A program made the position numbers and the translations under genes. A DNA stretch of 64,000 nt from an uncultured Planctomycetia bacterium (GTDB lineage: Bacteria; Omnitrophota; Gorgyraeia; JABMRN01; RBG-13-46-9), in NCBI GenBank assembly GCA_964440235.1, contig CAYTQI010000003.1, forward strand, positions 1,599 through 65,598, in the 5' to 3' direction. The notes beneath the pieces were generated by a model that saw only the letters and a program-made list of their open reading frames with translations, ran no database searches and had not been told where the DNA came from. Below are positions 54,646-64,000 of this stretch, one piece after another (positions within the stretch are counted from its first letter, which is position 1; each line of letters starts with the position of its first letter).

Positions 54646-56643
54646 TCATGTATTTTCTTCCTTGGGCAACGACCTCGATGTATATTTGCACTCGGGAAAC
54701 TTCGTGCACCCGTAAAAAAACCCGCGTTTTGAGCGCCTTTCTATAAGTTCCCCGTCGCATCCGGGATTGGGGCATTTCACGCCTGTCGTAATGGATTTGG
54801 CAAATTTGCATTTTGGAAAATCGGAACAGCTTAAAAATTTTCCGCGCCTGCCCCATTTAATGATCATGGGCTTACCGCACAATTCACAAATCTCGTCGGT
54901 TTTTATGCCTTCTTTTTTTATGCTTTTCATATTTTTCTTGGCCATATCCACGCTGTGCATAAAAGGGCTGTAAAAGCCTTTTAACACTACGAGAGAATCG
55001 ATTTTCCCTTCTTCGATGCCATCAAGCTCTTCTTCCATTTTCGCCGTGAATTTAACATCCATTATTTTAGGGAAATGCTTTACAAGAAGGCTGTTCGTAA
55101 TTTCGCCTAATTCCGTGGGTGAAAGGTAACCCCTCATTCGTTTTACGTAATTACGCATTATGATAGTGTAAATAATCGGCGCGTAAGTGGATGGACGGCC
55201 TATCCCGTTTTCCTCCAACGCCTTTACCAGCGTGGCGTCGGAATAACGTGCCGGGGGTTTTGTAAAATGCTGGGATGGAACGAGTTTTAAAAGATTCAGG
55301 TGTTCCCCGACTTTTAATAGCGGCATCTTCCATTCGGACAGGCGCCTTTCCCCTTCTTTCTGTGTTTCAGAAGGGGTATATAAAATCGTGAAACCGTCAA
55401 AAACCACTCTTGTCCCGGATGTTTTAAAAAGGTAGGGGCCTGATTCTATAAAAACGGTATTTACCGAATATACCGCTTTCACCATCTGACTCGAGACAAA
55501 CCTCTTCCATATGAGTTCATATAACTTTAGTTGCTCCGGCGTTAAAAAATCTTTCAGTGTTTCCGGATTTCTTAAAGGTACTGTCGGCCTGATGCATTCA
55601 TGGGCCTCCTGGGCACTTTTTCGCGATTTATACACATTCGGTTTTGCGGGATAATACTTTTCGCCGTAAGTCTTTAATATATACTTTTTTGCTGCTTCCT
55701 GCGCGTCGCGCGAGACCCTTACGGAATCCGTTCTCATATACGTTATGAGACCCACACCCTCTTTATCTTCTAATTCCACGCCCTCATACAGGGATTGCGC
55801 TATGCGCATGGTTTTATTTACGGAAAAACGCAATTTGTTAAAAGCGTCCTGCTGCATTTTTGAAGTCGTGAAAGGCGCCTGTGGTGAACGTCTTTTTTTG
55901 CCTTCTTTTGTGTTTGATACAATAAATTCATTCTTTTTTATATTGTCCAGCGCGGAAGCGGCCTCTTTTTCGCTTGTAATGCGAAAATCTTTACCGTCAA
56001 TTTTGTCCAGGCTGGCCGTAAAACTGCGTTTCTCGTCAACCTTTTTTCTCAAATGCGCTTCTATTTCCCAGTATTCCTGCGGTTTGAATTTCCGTATCTC
56101 CGCCTCTTTTTCCACAACAAGCCGCACGGCTACGGATTGCACCCTGCCCGCGGAAAGGCCCCTGGTAATTTTTTTCCAGAGAAGAGGGCTCAAGCTGTAA
56201 CCCACAATTCTGTCCAGGATCCGGCGCGCCTGCTGGGCGCTTACAAGATTTTTATCAATGTCATGCGGGCGCTCAAAAGCTTTTGTTACAGCGGCGTGAG
56301 TGATTTCATCAAAAGTTACCCTGTATACTTTTTTTCCCCTGCCAAGTTCTCTTTTGAGGTGCCAGCTTATCGCCTCGCCTTCCCTGTCAGGATCAGCGGC
56401 GAGATATATGGCATCGCTATTTTTTATTTCTTTTTTTAGCTTTGCCAGGTATTTTCTTCTTTCGGGAATAACTATATACTCCGGCCTGAAATTATCTTCG
56501 ACATCGATTCCCATTTTGCTTTTCGGCAGGTCTATCATGTGGCCCATGCTCGAAAGCACTACATATCCCGAACCAAGTATCTTGTTGATCGTTTTGGATT
56601 TTGCGGGTGACTCCACTATGACAATTGCTTTTCTTTTAGGCAT
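54646..56643 (-). CDS. topA: DNA topoisomerase I
   Basis: IVESPAK, DPDREGE, SAGRVQS, ITYMRTDS, GIGRPST, Zn ribbons. Confidence 0.97.
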   Translation of the reverse strand: MPKRKAIVIVESPAKSKTINKILGSGYVVLSSMGHMIDLPKSKMGIDVEDNFRPEYIVIPERRKYLAKLKKEIKNSDAIYLAADPDREGEAISWHLKRELGRGKKVYRVTFDEITHAAVTKAFERPHDIDKNLVSAQQARRILDRIVGYSLSPLLWKKITRGLSAGRVQSVAVRLVVEKEAEIRKFKPQEYWEIEAHLRKKVDEKRSFTASLDKIDGKDFRITSEKEAASALDNIKKNEFIVSNTKEGKKRRSPQAPFTTSKMQQDAFNKLRFSVNKTMRIAQSLYEGVELEDKEGVGLITYMRTDSVRVSRDAQEAAKKYILKTYGEKYYPAKPNVYKSRKSAQEAHECIRPTVPLRNPETLKDFLTPEQLKLYELIWKRFVSSQMVKAVYSVNTVFIESGPYLFKTSGTRVVFDGFTILYTPSETQKEGERRLSEWKMPLLKVGEHLNLLKLVPSQHFTKPPARYSDATLVKALEENGIGRPSTYAPIIYTIIMRNYVKRMRGYLSPTELGEITNSLLVKHFPKIMDVKFTAKMEEELDGIEEGKIDSLVVLKGFYSPFMHSVDMAKKNMKSIKKEGIKTDEICELCGKPMIIKWGRRGKFLSCSDFPKCKFAKSITTGVKCPNPGCDGELIERRSKRGFFYGCTKFPECKYTSRSLPKEENT

Positions 56644-57535
56644 ATTCCTCTTTTATAAAATTTTCGCCCGGCAAAGTTTTAATCAGCTTCTTAAGCTCAA
56701 GCCTAAGCAGCGTTTCCGATATTTTATTTACCGGTATGTTTATTATTTTCGATATTTCATCGATTGACCTGGGCTCGTTTCCCAAAATTTCGAATATTTT
56801 CGCCTCATCCGCCGACATGGACCTTACAATACCGGGTTTTGGTAAACCCGGTATTGTAAGGTTATTGCTGGTTTTCTTAATGTTAATGACGTAGCTGAGT
56901 TCCTCGAGTATATCCCCGACGTTTTCGACAAGCTTGGCGCCTTCCTTTATGAGGCGGTTTGTGCCGCTTGATTTGGCAGAGCTTACATTGCCGGGCATAG
57001 CGAAAACCTCTCTTCCCTGTTCAAGGGCAAAATTGGCCGTTATTAAAGCGCCGCTTTTTTGAGGGGCTTCTATCACAATTACGCCTTTTGACATGCCGCT
57101 TACTATCCTGTTTCTCCTTGGAAAATTCAGTTTAAGCGGCGGCGTCTCCGGCGAATATTCCGATATGACCGCCCCGTTTCTCACAATTTCGCGGTAAAGC
57201 TTGGCGTTTTCCGGAGGATATATATTATCGTGCCCGCTTCCCAGAACCGCTATCGTTCTCCCGCCGGCCTTTATAGCGCCTCTATGCGAGGCGGTATCGA
57301 TACCAAGAGCCATTCCGCTGACAATGGTTATTCCCCGCGCGGCCAGGTCAAATGAAAGTTTTTCGCACTGCCGGAGCCCGTAATCCGTGGCGCGCCTGGT
57401 GCCAACGATGGCTATCGCGTTTGAATCAGAGGCAAGGATTTCACCGTTAACAAAAAGCGCTTCCGGTGCGTTGTATATATGCCTCAAGATATCGGGATAT
57501 TCCCCGTTTTCCTTTTCTATTCTTCTTACAGCCAT
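56636..57535 (-). CDS. dprA: DNA-processing protein DprA (short form)
   Basis: AIVGTR, VSGMALGID, FPRRNRIVSG, SGALITA, C-terminal winged helix. Confidence 0.93.
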   Translation of the reverse strand: MAVRRIEKENGEYPDILRHIYNAPEALFVNGEILASDSNAIAIVGTRRATDYGLRQCEKLSFDLAARGITIVSGMALGIDTASHRGAIKAGGRTIAVLGSGHDNIYPPENAKLYREIVRNGAVISEYSPETPPLKLNFPRRNRIVSGMSKGVIVIEAPQKSGALITANFALEQGREVFAMPGNVSSAKSSGTNRLIKEGAKLVENVGDILEELSYVINIKKTSNNLTIPGLPKPGIVRSMSADEAKIFEILGNEPRSIDEISKIINIPVNKISETLLRLELKKLIKTLPGENFIKEEYA

Positions 57536-57541
57536 TCCGTC

Positions 57542-58180
57542 CTAACCCTTTCCGGCACGGTGCAGGCAATCCATGAATCTCTCCAGAAGCGCAGGGTCAA
57601 ACTTTCTGCCGGACTCTTTTTTCATGATACTCTTTGCCTTTTCGACAGAATACGCGCCGCGGTAAGCCCTTTTGCTTGTAAGGGCATCATACGCGTCAGC
57701 TATAGCCAAAATACGTGAAGCCAACGGTATATCCTCGCCTTTTAATCCGTCGGGATAGCCGGTACCGTTATAATTTTCATGATGATGCCTTACCGTGGAA
57801 ACAATAGGGCCAAAAAACTTGAGCGGTTTTATTATTTGAGCGCCGAGATCGGCATGTTTCTGGACCTCCTTATATTCCTTACTGTCAAGCGAACCGTTCT
57901 TAAGTAGTATACTTTCCTTTATTCCTACTTTGCCGATGTCATGCAGTATCGCCGCGAGCCTTATGTATTCCACTTCTTTTTTATAAAGCCCCAGAGATTT
58001 AGCCAGCATTACAGCGTAGTTTGAAACTTTTACCGAATGCCTTTTTGTATAAGGGTCCCTTGATTCCGTGAGATTGATAAGAGTGTGAATTGATTGCATA
58101 TACGCCCTGTGAACGGGTTTTGTGGAATTGGAAAACCTGCTGTAAAGCTGCTTGAGGTGTTTATCAGTTTCAGCGTACAT
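57542..58180 (-). CDS. stand-alone HD-GYP phosphodiesterase
   Basis: HDIGK, HHE, GYPDGL, ADAYDALTS.R.YR. Confidence 0.92.
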   Translation of the reverse strand: MYAETDKHLKQLYSRFSNSTKPVHRAYMQSIHTLINLTESRDPYTKRHSVKVSNYAVMLAKSLGLYKKEVEYIRLAAILHDIGKVGIKESILLKNGSLDSKEYKEVQKHADLGAQIIKPLKFFGPIVSTVRHHHENYNGTGYPDGLKGEDIPLASRILAIADAYDALTSKRAYRGAYSVEKAKSIMKKESGRKFDPALLERFMDCLHRAGKG

Positions 58181-58679
58181 TTTTTAAAATCCCTTCTACT
58201 TCATCGGCAACTTTTCCCACGGACATCGCGGAAGTATCTAAATGAAAATCGGCCGGCTCATAAAAATGCTTCCTGGATTCCAGAAGTTTTTTAATTTTTT
58301 CCAACGGGTCCCGAACGTTCAGAAGCGGTCTGTGAACGTATTTTTTTGTCCTTTCCAGAATAATCCCCGGTTCCGCCCGGAGGCAAAAAACCAGCCCCTT
58401 CTTTTTAAGATTCTTCAGGTTTTCCGGATCTATGACAACCCCTCCGCCGGCGTCAATCACGGCGTTTTCCATGAGCGAGACCTCCTTAACAACCTGTTTT
58501 TCCAGCTTCCTGAAATACGCCTCGCCTTTTCCGGAAAATATCTCACGTATAGAAATACCTTCTTTTTTTTCGATAAGCCGGTCGGTGCTCGCGTATCTCA
58601 TGTTGAGCCGCGCGGATAATACCTTCGCAACTTCCGTTTTGCCAACGCCCATAAAACCGACTAACACTATGTTTCGCAT
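58170..58679 (-). CDS. aroK: shikimate kinase
   Basis: GFMGVGKT, GEAYFR, GGG, RPLL. Confidence 0.95.
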   Translation of the reverse strand: MRNIVLVGFMGVGKTEVAKVLSARLNMRYASTDRLIEKKEGISIREIFSGKGEAYFRKLEKQVVKEVSLMENAVIDAGGGVVIDPENLKNLKKKGLVFCLRAEPGIILERTKKYVHRPLLNVRDPLEKIKKLLESRKHFYEPADFHLDTSAMSVGKVADEVEGILKNVR

Positions 58680-58731
58680 GATAATATTCAGCGGATAACG
58701 AATAGTTTTTTTATGCGCTAAACGCTACACG

Positions 58732-59859
58732 TTAGAATTTTTTTAAACTTTTTTTATACCCTTCGTAATTCCGCTTCATTTCCGTCAGTGAATCGCCGCC
58801 GAATTTTTCCGTAAACGCGCGCGCCACTTCCATGGCCGCGGCGCTTTCGGCTATAACGCCGGCCGAGGGCACAACGCACACGTCGGAACGTTCCACCTGG
58901 GCTTTGGCCTTTTTTTTGGTCCTGATATGAACCGAATCAAGCGCTTTCATGAGCGTTGCTATCGGTTTCATGGCCGCGCGAAAAACGATATCCTCGCCAT
59001 TCGTAATACCGCCCTCTATCCCGCCGGCAGCGTTGGTTTTCCTGTAAAACTTCCCGGATTTCGCGCTGAAAAATATTTCGTCATGCACGGCGCTTCCACG
59101 CTCGCGGGCCGCGGCAAAACCCCTTCCTATTTCGACGCCTTTTATCCCGGGAATCGACATGACTGCCCCGGCCAGCGCGCCGTCAAGCCGGCGATCATGC
59201 TGCGTGTAACTTCCAAGGCCTGACGGGGCCCCTTTTACGATTACCTCAAAAATACCTCCCAGGGTATCGCCGGAACTGCGCGCCTTTTCGATTTCGAGGC
59301 ACATGAGGCGCGAGGCCTCTTTTTCGGCGCATCTGACAGGTGAATTTTCGGCGCGTTTTTTTATTATATCAAATGAAAATCTTTTATCCGAGGTAACGCG
59401 CCCTATCGAGACAACATGGCTTAAAAACTTTATGCCGAATTCCCTTAAAAGAATTTTGCCGACGGCCCCCGCGGCAACCTTAGAGGCGGTTTCGCGCGCC
59501 GAGGCCCTCTCTAAAATATTCCTTATATCTTTAGCTCCGAACTTAAGCGCGCCGGCTAAATCAGCGTGGCCGGGCCGCGGCCTGCTTATAGACGGAAGAT
59601 CCTCTATCTTAAAATCTTTATTGGCGACAAAAAGCGCTATCGGGCTCCCTATGGTCATTCCTTTCCGGGTGCCGGAAAGGACCTCTACCCTGTCTTTTTC
59701 CATACGCATCCTCATTCCCCGGCCGAAACCTTTCATGCGCCGGGAAAGTTCGTTATTAATGAACTTGGCATCAAGCTTAAGCCCGGCGGGAACACCTTCC
59801 ACGATTGAGACGAGCGCTTTCCCGTGCGACTCTCCCGCGGTCAGGTAACGTATACTCAT
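58732..59859 (-). CDS. aroC: chorismate synthase
   Basis: TAGESHG, RPGHAD, ERASARETA, MKPI, RSD. Confidence 0.97.
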   Translation of the reverse strand: MSIRYLTAGESHGKALVSIVEGVPAGLKLDAKFINNELSRRMKGFGRGMRMRMEKDRVEVLSGTRKGMTIGSPIALFVANKDFKIEDLPSISRPRPGHADLAGALKFGAKDIRNILERASARETASKVAAGAVGKILLREFGIKFLSHVVSIGRVTSDKRFSFDIIKKRAENSPVRCAEKEASRLMCLEIEKARSSGDTLGGIFEVIVKGAPSGLGSYTQHDRRLDGALAGAVMSIPGIKGVEIGRGFAAARERGSAVHDEIFFSAKSGKFYRKTNAAGGIEGGITNGEDIVFRAAMKPIATLMKALDSVHIRTKKKAKAQVERSDVCVVPSAGVIAESAAAMEVARAFTEKFGGDSLTEMKRNYEGYKKSLKKF

Positions 59860-59929
59860 GTCCGGCTCCTTTCTGCGTACTCTAACGAATAACGCATGTA
59901 TCGGCGCTTGAACGCAACTGCCCCCTGCG

Positions 59930-60703
59930 TTAATATACTAAAAACAACCTATTTAGTATTTTTTCCCCGAAAAAAATCGCCACTACGGCCGCCAGCGAAA
60001 GATACGGGCCATAGGGAATAATATCTTTTCCTTCTTTTAATTTCAAAATAACGCCCGCGAAAGACCCGAAAAATGGCGCCAAAAAAAATGTGAAAATCGC
60101 GAGTTTCCATCCCAGAAACGCGCCTATCATCGCGAGCAGCTTAACATCCCCTCCGCCCATTGCTTCTTTTTTAAAAATAAATTCTCCGATATAACCCAGA
60201 ATATAAATACTCCCCCCGCCGGCGACGACCCCAAGGGCCGAGTTTAGAAGGGACGAAAAAACACCTGTTTTATTCATAAGCGGCGGATATAAAGCCGATA
60301 AAAAAAGCCCAAGAACTATTCCCGAAAGCGTTATTTCATCGGGTATCTCGTGAATCTTGAGATCCACGAACGATACAACGATAAGGGCGCCCGTAAAATA
60401 AAACAAAATTAGGTATTTAGGCGTAAATCCGAAATGTAAAAAAAGTAAAGCGCACATAATCCCCGAAAGAATCTCCACCGCGACGTATCGCGGTGAAATC
60501 CTGCCGCCGCATGAACGGCACTTTCCCCTGAGGAAAATGTAGCTCAATACAGGTATATTGTCAAACCAGCGTATGGCAGTGCCGCACAGCGGGCACCTCG
60601 AACGCGGGAATACGATCGATTCCTTTCTGGGAAGTCTGTAAATACACACATTCATGAAACTTCCGAAAATCGCCCCAATGATAAACAGAAAAATTATAAT
60701 CAT
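59930..60703 (-). CDS. pilD: prepilin peptidase / N-methyltransferase
   Basis: GSFMNVCIYRLP, CxxC pairs, MGGGDVKL, PYGPYL. Confidence 0.95.
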   Translation of the reverse strand: MIIIFLFIIGAIFGSFMNVCIYRLPRKESIVFPRSRCPLCGTAIRWFDNIPVLSYIFLRGKCRSCGGRISPRYVAVEILSGIMCALLFLHFGFTPKYLILFYFTGALIVVSFVDLKIHEIPDEITLSGIVLGLFLSALYPPLMNKTGVFSSLLNSALGVVAGGGSIYILGYIGEFIFKKEAMGGGDVKLLAMIGAFLGWKLAIFTFFLAPFFGSFAGVILKLKEGKDIIPYGPYLSLAAVVAIFFGEKILNRLFLVY

Positions 60704-61551
60704 TTTTTAATGTTCGCCAGCAGTACTTTACGCATGATTCCGAGAGGGGCGTCTTTTTTTGTCCAATGCTCGAAAGAGCGGCCCGCCTGGTAAAGAAGCA
60801 TGTTTAATCCGTCGGAAGCGTTCGCGTTCCGGGCACGGGCCTCTTTTATGAGAGCGGTCTCTCTCGCATAAATCAAATCCAAAACAAAGTGCTTCCTATC
60901 AATATACTTGTAATTAAAAAGCCATTCGTCGGCGCTTTTGGCGCCGCATGGCGTGGCATTAACAATAAGGTCCGTTTTTGATATAAAATCATCGTACTGC
61001 GTTTTGTCCTGCGCGATGGTTATCACGGCATCGCCCCACTGTTTCCGGGAAAAGACATCCGCCAGCTTCACCGCCTTTTTAGTGTCAATGTCCGCGATAA
61101 CGATCCTTTTCGCGCCCAAAGTTATAAGCCCGTAGATAACGGCCCTGGCCGCTCCGCCGGCGCCGAAGACAAAAGCGCTTTTTCCCTCAATATTAAAATT
61201 CAGATCCCCTTCGTTAAATCCGCAAAGGACCTTTATGAAGCCCTGGTAGTCCGTGTTGTAACCCCTGAGAATGCCGCCGTCATGCAATACGGTATTCAGC
61301 GCGCCTATGGCTTTCGCGGCCGCAGTCGGCTCTTCGGTAAATTTTAACGCTTTTTCCTTATAAGGCACCGTAATGTTACAGCCGGAGATTTCGCCTTTTC
61401 GTAATTTCGCGAAAAAATCCTTCAGCCCTTCCCCGGAAATGTCAAAAAGAAGATACTCCGCGTCAATGCCAAGCGCCTTAAAAGCAGCATTGTGCATCGC
61501 GGGCGAGAGCGAATAGCTTATATCCCTGCCGAGAAGCCCGTATTTTTTCAT
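60700..61551 (-). CDS. aroE: shikimate dehydrogenase
   Basis: SLSPAMHN, NITVPYK, NTD, GAGGAA, DLIY. Confidence 0.95.
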   Translation of the reverse strand: MKKYGLLGRDISYSLSPAMHNAAFKALGIDAEYLLFDISGEGLKDFFAKLRKGEISGCNITVPYKEKALKFTEEPTAAAKAIGALNTVLHDGGILRGYNTDYQGFIKVLCGFNEGDLNFNIEGKSAFVFGAGGAARAVIYGLITLGAKRIVIADIDTKKAVKLADVFSRKQWGDAVITIAQDKTQYDDFISKTDLIVNATPCGAKSADEWLFNYKYIDRKHFVLDLIYARETALIKEARARNANASDGLNMLLYQAGRSFEHWTKKDAPLGIMRKVLLANIKK

Positions 61552-61557
61552 ATAAAT

Positions 61558-63069
61558 TTATTTTCTGCCCGGCGCCTTTATTTTATTCAGCGCGTTAAGA
61601 TACGCTTTTATGCTCGCCTCGATAACGTCCGTCGAGGCTCCCCGTCCGGTCATTTCTTTTTTTCCGATTTTCATTTTTACCGACACCTCTCCGAGAGCGT
61701 CCTTGCCCGCGGTTACGGCATTCAGGTTGTAACCGAGAAGCCTGGGTTTACTCCCGACAATCTTTTCGATAGCTTTGTAGCAGGCGTCCACGGGGCCGTC
61801 CCCGGTTGAGTTCGCGACAAGATTTTTGTTCCTATATTTTATCGTAACTGTCGCGCTTGGCGTAATTTTGTTGCCGCTTAAAACATAAAAATTTACCAGG
61901 GCGTAAATAGGCTTTATGGACCCGATTTCATCTTCAACGATTGCGGCCAGGTCCTCGTCAAAAATTTCTTTTTTCTTATCGGCGAGTTTTTTGAATCTCC
62001 TGAACGCCGATTCGATTTCATCGCGTGAAAGGGTATAACCCATCTTTTTAAAACGCGCCTGGAGGGCATGCCTGCCGGAATGTTTACCGAGAACGAGTTT
62101 TGTATCGCCAAAACCTACATCCTCCGGACGCATGATTTCGTACGTCCGGGGCTCCTTTAAAAACCCGTCCTGATGAATGCCGGCTTCGTGCGCGAAAGCG
62201 TTGCCCCCCACGATGGCCTTGTTCGGCTGGACCGATATCCCGGTAAGCTTGCTTACAAGACGGGATGTTTTATATATGTCTCTCGTTTTTATATCTGTTC
62301 TGAGTTTAAATATATCCTTTCTCGTCGAAATAGCCATTACAATCTCTTCCAGCGAGGCATTGCCCGCCCTCTCGCCGAGCCCGTTAATCGTGCATTCGGC
62401 CTGCCGGGCGCCGTTTAACACCGCAGCTAACGTGTTGCTTACCGCAAGCCCGAGGTCATTATGGCAGTGGACGCTTATAACCGCCTTATGGATATTGGGC
62501 ACGTTTGCCCTTATCCCTTTTATTACATCACCAAACTCATACGGAGTCGCGTAACCAACCGTATCCGGAATATTTATTGTTTCGGCGCCGGCGTCAATAA
62601 CGGCTTCCAGGACCTCATACAGGAATCCCTTATCGGTACGCGAGGCATCTTCCGGGGAAAACTCTATATCTTTTATTTTGCGCTTCGCGTACTTCACGGC
62701 CCACACAGATGCCTTTAAAATCTGGCCTTTGGCCTTTTTCAATTTGTATTTCATATGTATCCGTGAAGTGGCCAAGAAAACGTGTACGCGCGGTTTTTTC
62801 GCGCGTTTAACCGCCAGGCAAGCGGCATCTATATCCGTTTTCACGGCGCGCGCCAGGGCGCATACTTTTGATTTTTTTATTTCTTTCGCGACGCCGGAAA
62901 CCGCCTGAAAATCTCCCGGGCTTGACGCCGGAAAACCGGCCTCTATGATGTCAACGCCCAGCGCCTCAAGCTGCCTGGCAACCTCTAACTTTTTCTTATT
63001 GTTCAGGCTCGCGCCGGGTGACTGTTCACCGTCCCTAAGCGTTGTGTCGAAAATAATTAATTTCTCCAT
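61558..63069 (-). CDS. leuA: 2-isopropylmalate synthase
   Basis: [29 protein letters not shown]. Confidence 0.96.
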   Translation of the reverse strand: MEKLIIFDTTLRDGEQSPGASLNNKKKLEVARQLEALGVDIIEAGFPASSPGDFQAVSGVAKEIKKSKVCALARAVKTDIDAACLAVKRAKKPRVHVFLATSRIHMKYKLKKAKGQILKASVWAVKYAKRKIKDIEFSPEDASRTDKGFLYEVLEAVIDAGAETINIPDTVGYATPYEFGDVIKGIRANVPNIHKAVISVHCHNDLGLAVSNTLAAVLNGARQAECTINGLGERAGNASLEEIVMAISTRKDIFKLRTDIKTRDIYKTSRLVSKLTGISVQPNKAIVGGNAFAHEAGIHQDGFLKEPRTYEIMRPEDVGFGDTKLVLGKHSGRHALQARFKKMGYTLSRDEIESAFRRFKKLADKKKEIFDEDLAAIVEDEIGSIKPIYALVNFYVLSGNKITPSATVTIKYRNKNLVANSTGDGPVDACYKAIEKIVGSKPRLLGYNLNAVTAGKDALGEVSVKMKIGKKEMTGRGASTDVIEASIKAYLNALNKIKAPGRK

Positions 63070-63146
63070 CTTTTTACCTTAACCTGTTCAGGTTCAGGCG
63101 ACTTTTTTGTGGGTAACGCCGGGCGGGCGCCCACAAAAAATTCGTC

Positions 63147-64000
63147 TTACTCTTCCATCCAAGGCATCATTTTTCGAAGTTTTTTTCCCACTTCCTCAAT
63201 AACGTGCTTATCCTGCTCTTTGCGCAATTTATTAAAAAGAGGCCGTCCTTTTTTATTTTCTTCCATCCACTCTTCGGCGAATTTGCCTGTCCGTATGTCG
63301 TCAAGCATTTCTTTCATTATCCTTCTCGTATCATTATTAATTACGACCTTGCCTCTTGTGAGATCGCCGTATTCGGCCGTATCCGAAACTCTCTTGCGCA
63401 TTCCCTGTATACCGGATTTATAAATCAGGTCTGTTATAAGCTTCAGCTCATGAAGGCATTCAAAATAGGCTATTTCAGGCTGGTATCCCGCCTCCACCAG
63501 TGTGTCAAAACCCGCTTTTATAAGTTCTGATACACCGCCGCAAAGAACAGCCTGTTCCCCGAAAAGATCGGTCTCTGTTTCTTCCTTAAAAGTAGTCTCA
63601 ATAACGCCTGCACGGGTTCCGCCTATCGCTTTCGCGTATGCCAGAGCGAGTTTTAAAGCGTTCCCGGAAGAATCCTGAAAAATCGCCACAAGGCACGGCA
63701 CGCCTTTGCCTTCCTGATACTGTTGCCTGACAAGCGCGCCCGGCCCTTTCGGCGCAACCATAAAAACGTCAACATTTTTCGGCGGTTCTATCTGCCTGAA
63801 ATGTATGTTGAAACCGTGTGAGAAAACAAGCGCTTTATCTTTCTGTAAATTCGGCTCTATGGCTTCATTATAAACCTTGGATTGAACGTGATCCTGGGTA
63901 AGTATCTGAATTACGTCAGCGTTTTTCGCCGCTTCGGCTGATTTGACAGGCTTGAATCCGTCTTTCACGGCAGTCCTGTAATTCTCGGTACCTTCCAATT
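63147..64000 (-). CDS. ilvC: ketol-acid reductoisomerase (5' end outside window)
   Basis: [29 protein letters not shown]. Confidence 0.96.
   Translation of the reverse strand, partial: LEGTENYRTAVKDGFKPVKSAEAAKNADVIQILTQDHVQSKVYNEAIEPNLQKDKALVFSHGFNIHFRQIEPPKNVDVFMVAPKGPGALVRQQYQEGKGVPCLVAIFQDSSGNALKLALAYAKAIGGTRAGVIETTFKEETETDLFGEQAVLCGGVSELIKAGFDTLVEAGYQPEIAYFECLHELKLITDLIYKSGIQGMRKRVSDTAEYGDLTRGKVVINNDTRRIMKEMLDDIRTGKFAEEWMEENKKGRPLFNKLRKEQDKHVIEEVGKKLRKMMPWMEE

Noticed and set aside
63103-63140. Hairpin between ilvC and leuA as an intrinsic terminator
   Set aside because: TTTTTTGTGGG...CCCACAAAAAA has the T-run 5' and the A-run 3' on both strands, so no U-tract follows the stem. At most it is an mRNA-stabilising hairpin.

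Overview
Ordinary chromosomal segment, about 70 CDS and nearly all on the minus strand, from a diderm bacterium. Gene content and order (LpxL-ELM1 and GT4-GT9 fusions, archaeal-type ThyA, xerC-topA-dprA, aroK-aroC-pilD-aroE-leuA-ilvC) suggest Candidatus Omnitrophota/PVC; this is an inference. Left part: accA (partial), L,D-transpeptidase, mnmE, folC, a YchF-like NTPase, class II RNR with tandem NrdR boxes, GH65/pgmB, nth, thyA, maf and dusB. Middle accessory region: lipid hydrolases, an acyl-CoA ligase, a patatin, two TyrP-type permeases and a repeat-rich secreted protein. Right part: an LPS core/lipid A cluster and housekeeping genes. I saw no rRNA, tRNA, CRISPR array or intact transposase. 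Most notable observations: (1) a RibD reductase domain fused in frame to a complete type IV pilin, so the enzyme sits where the prepilin leader would be; (2) a nested palindromic element inserted in frame in two different LPS genes; (3) an orphan CapE-like (CBASS-effector-like) patatin with no CD-NTase nearby; (4) a symmetric 153-bp IR-bounded element directly downstream of xerC.
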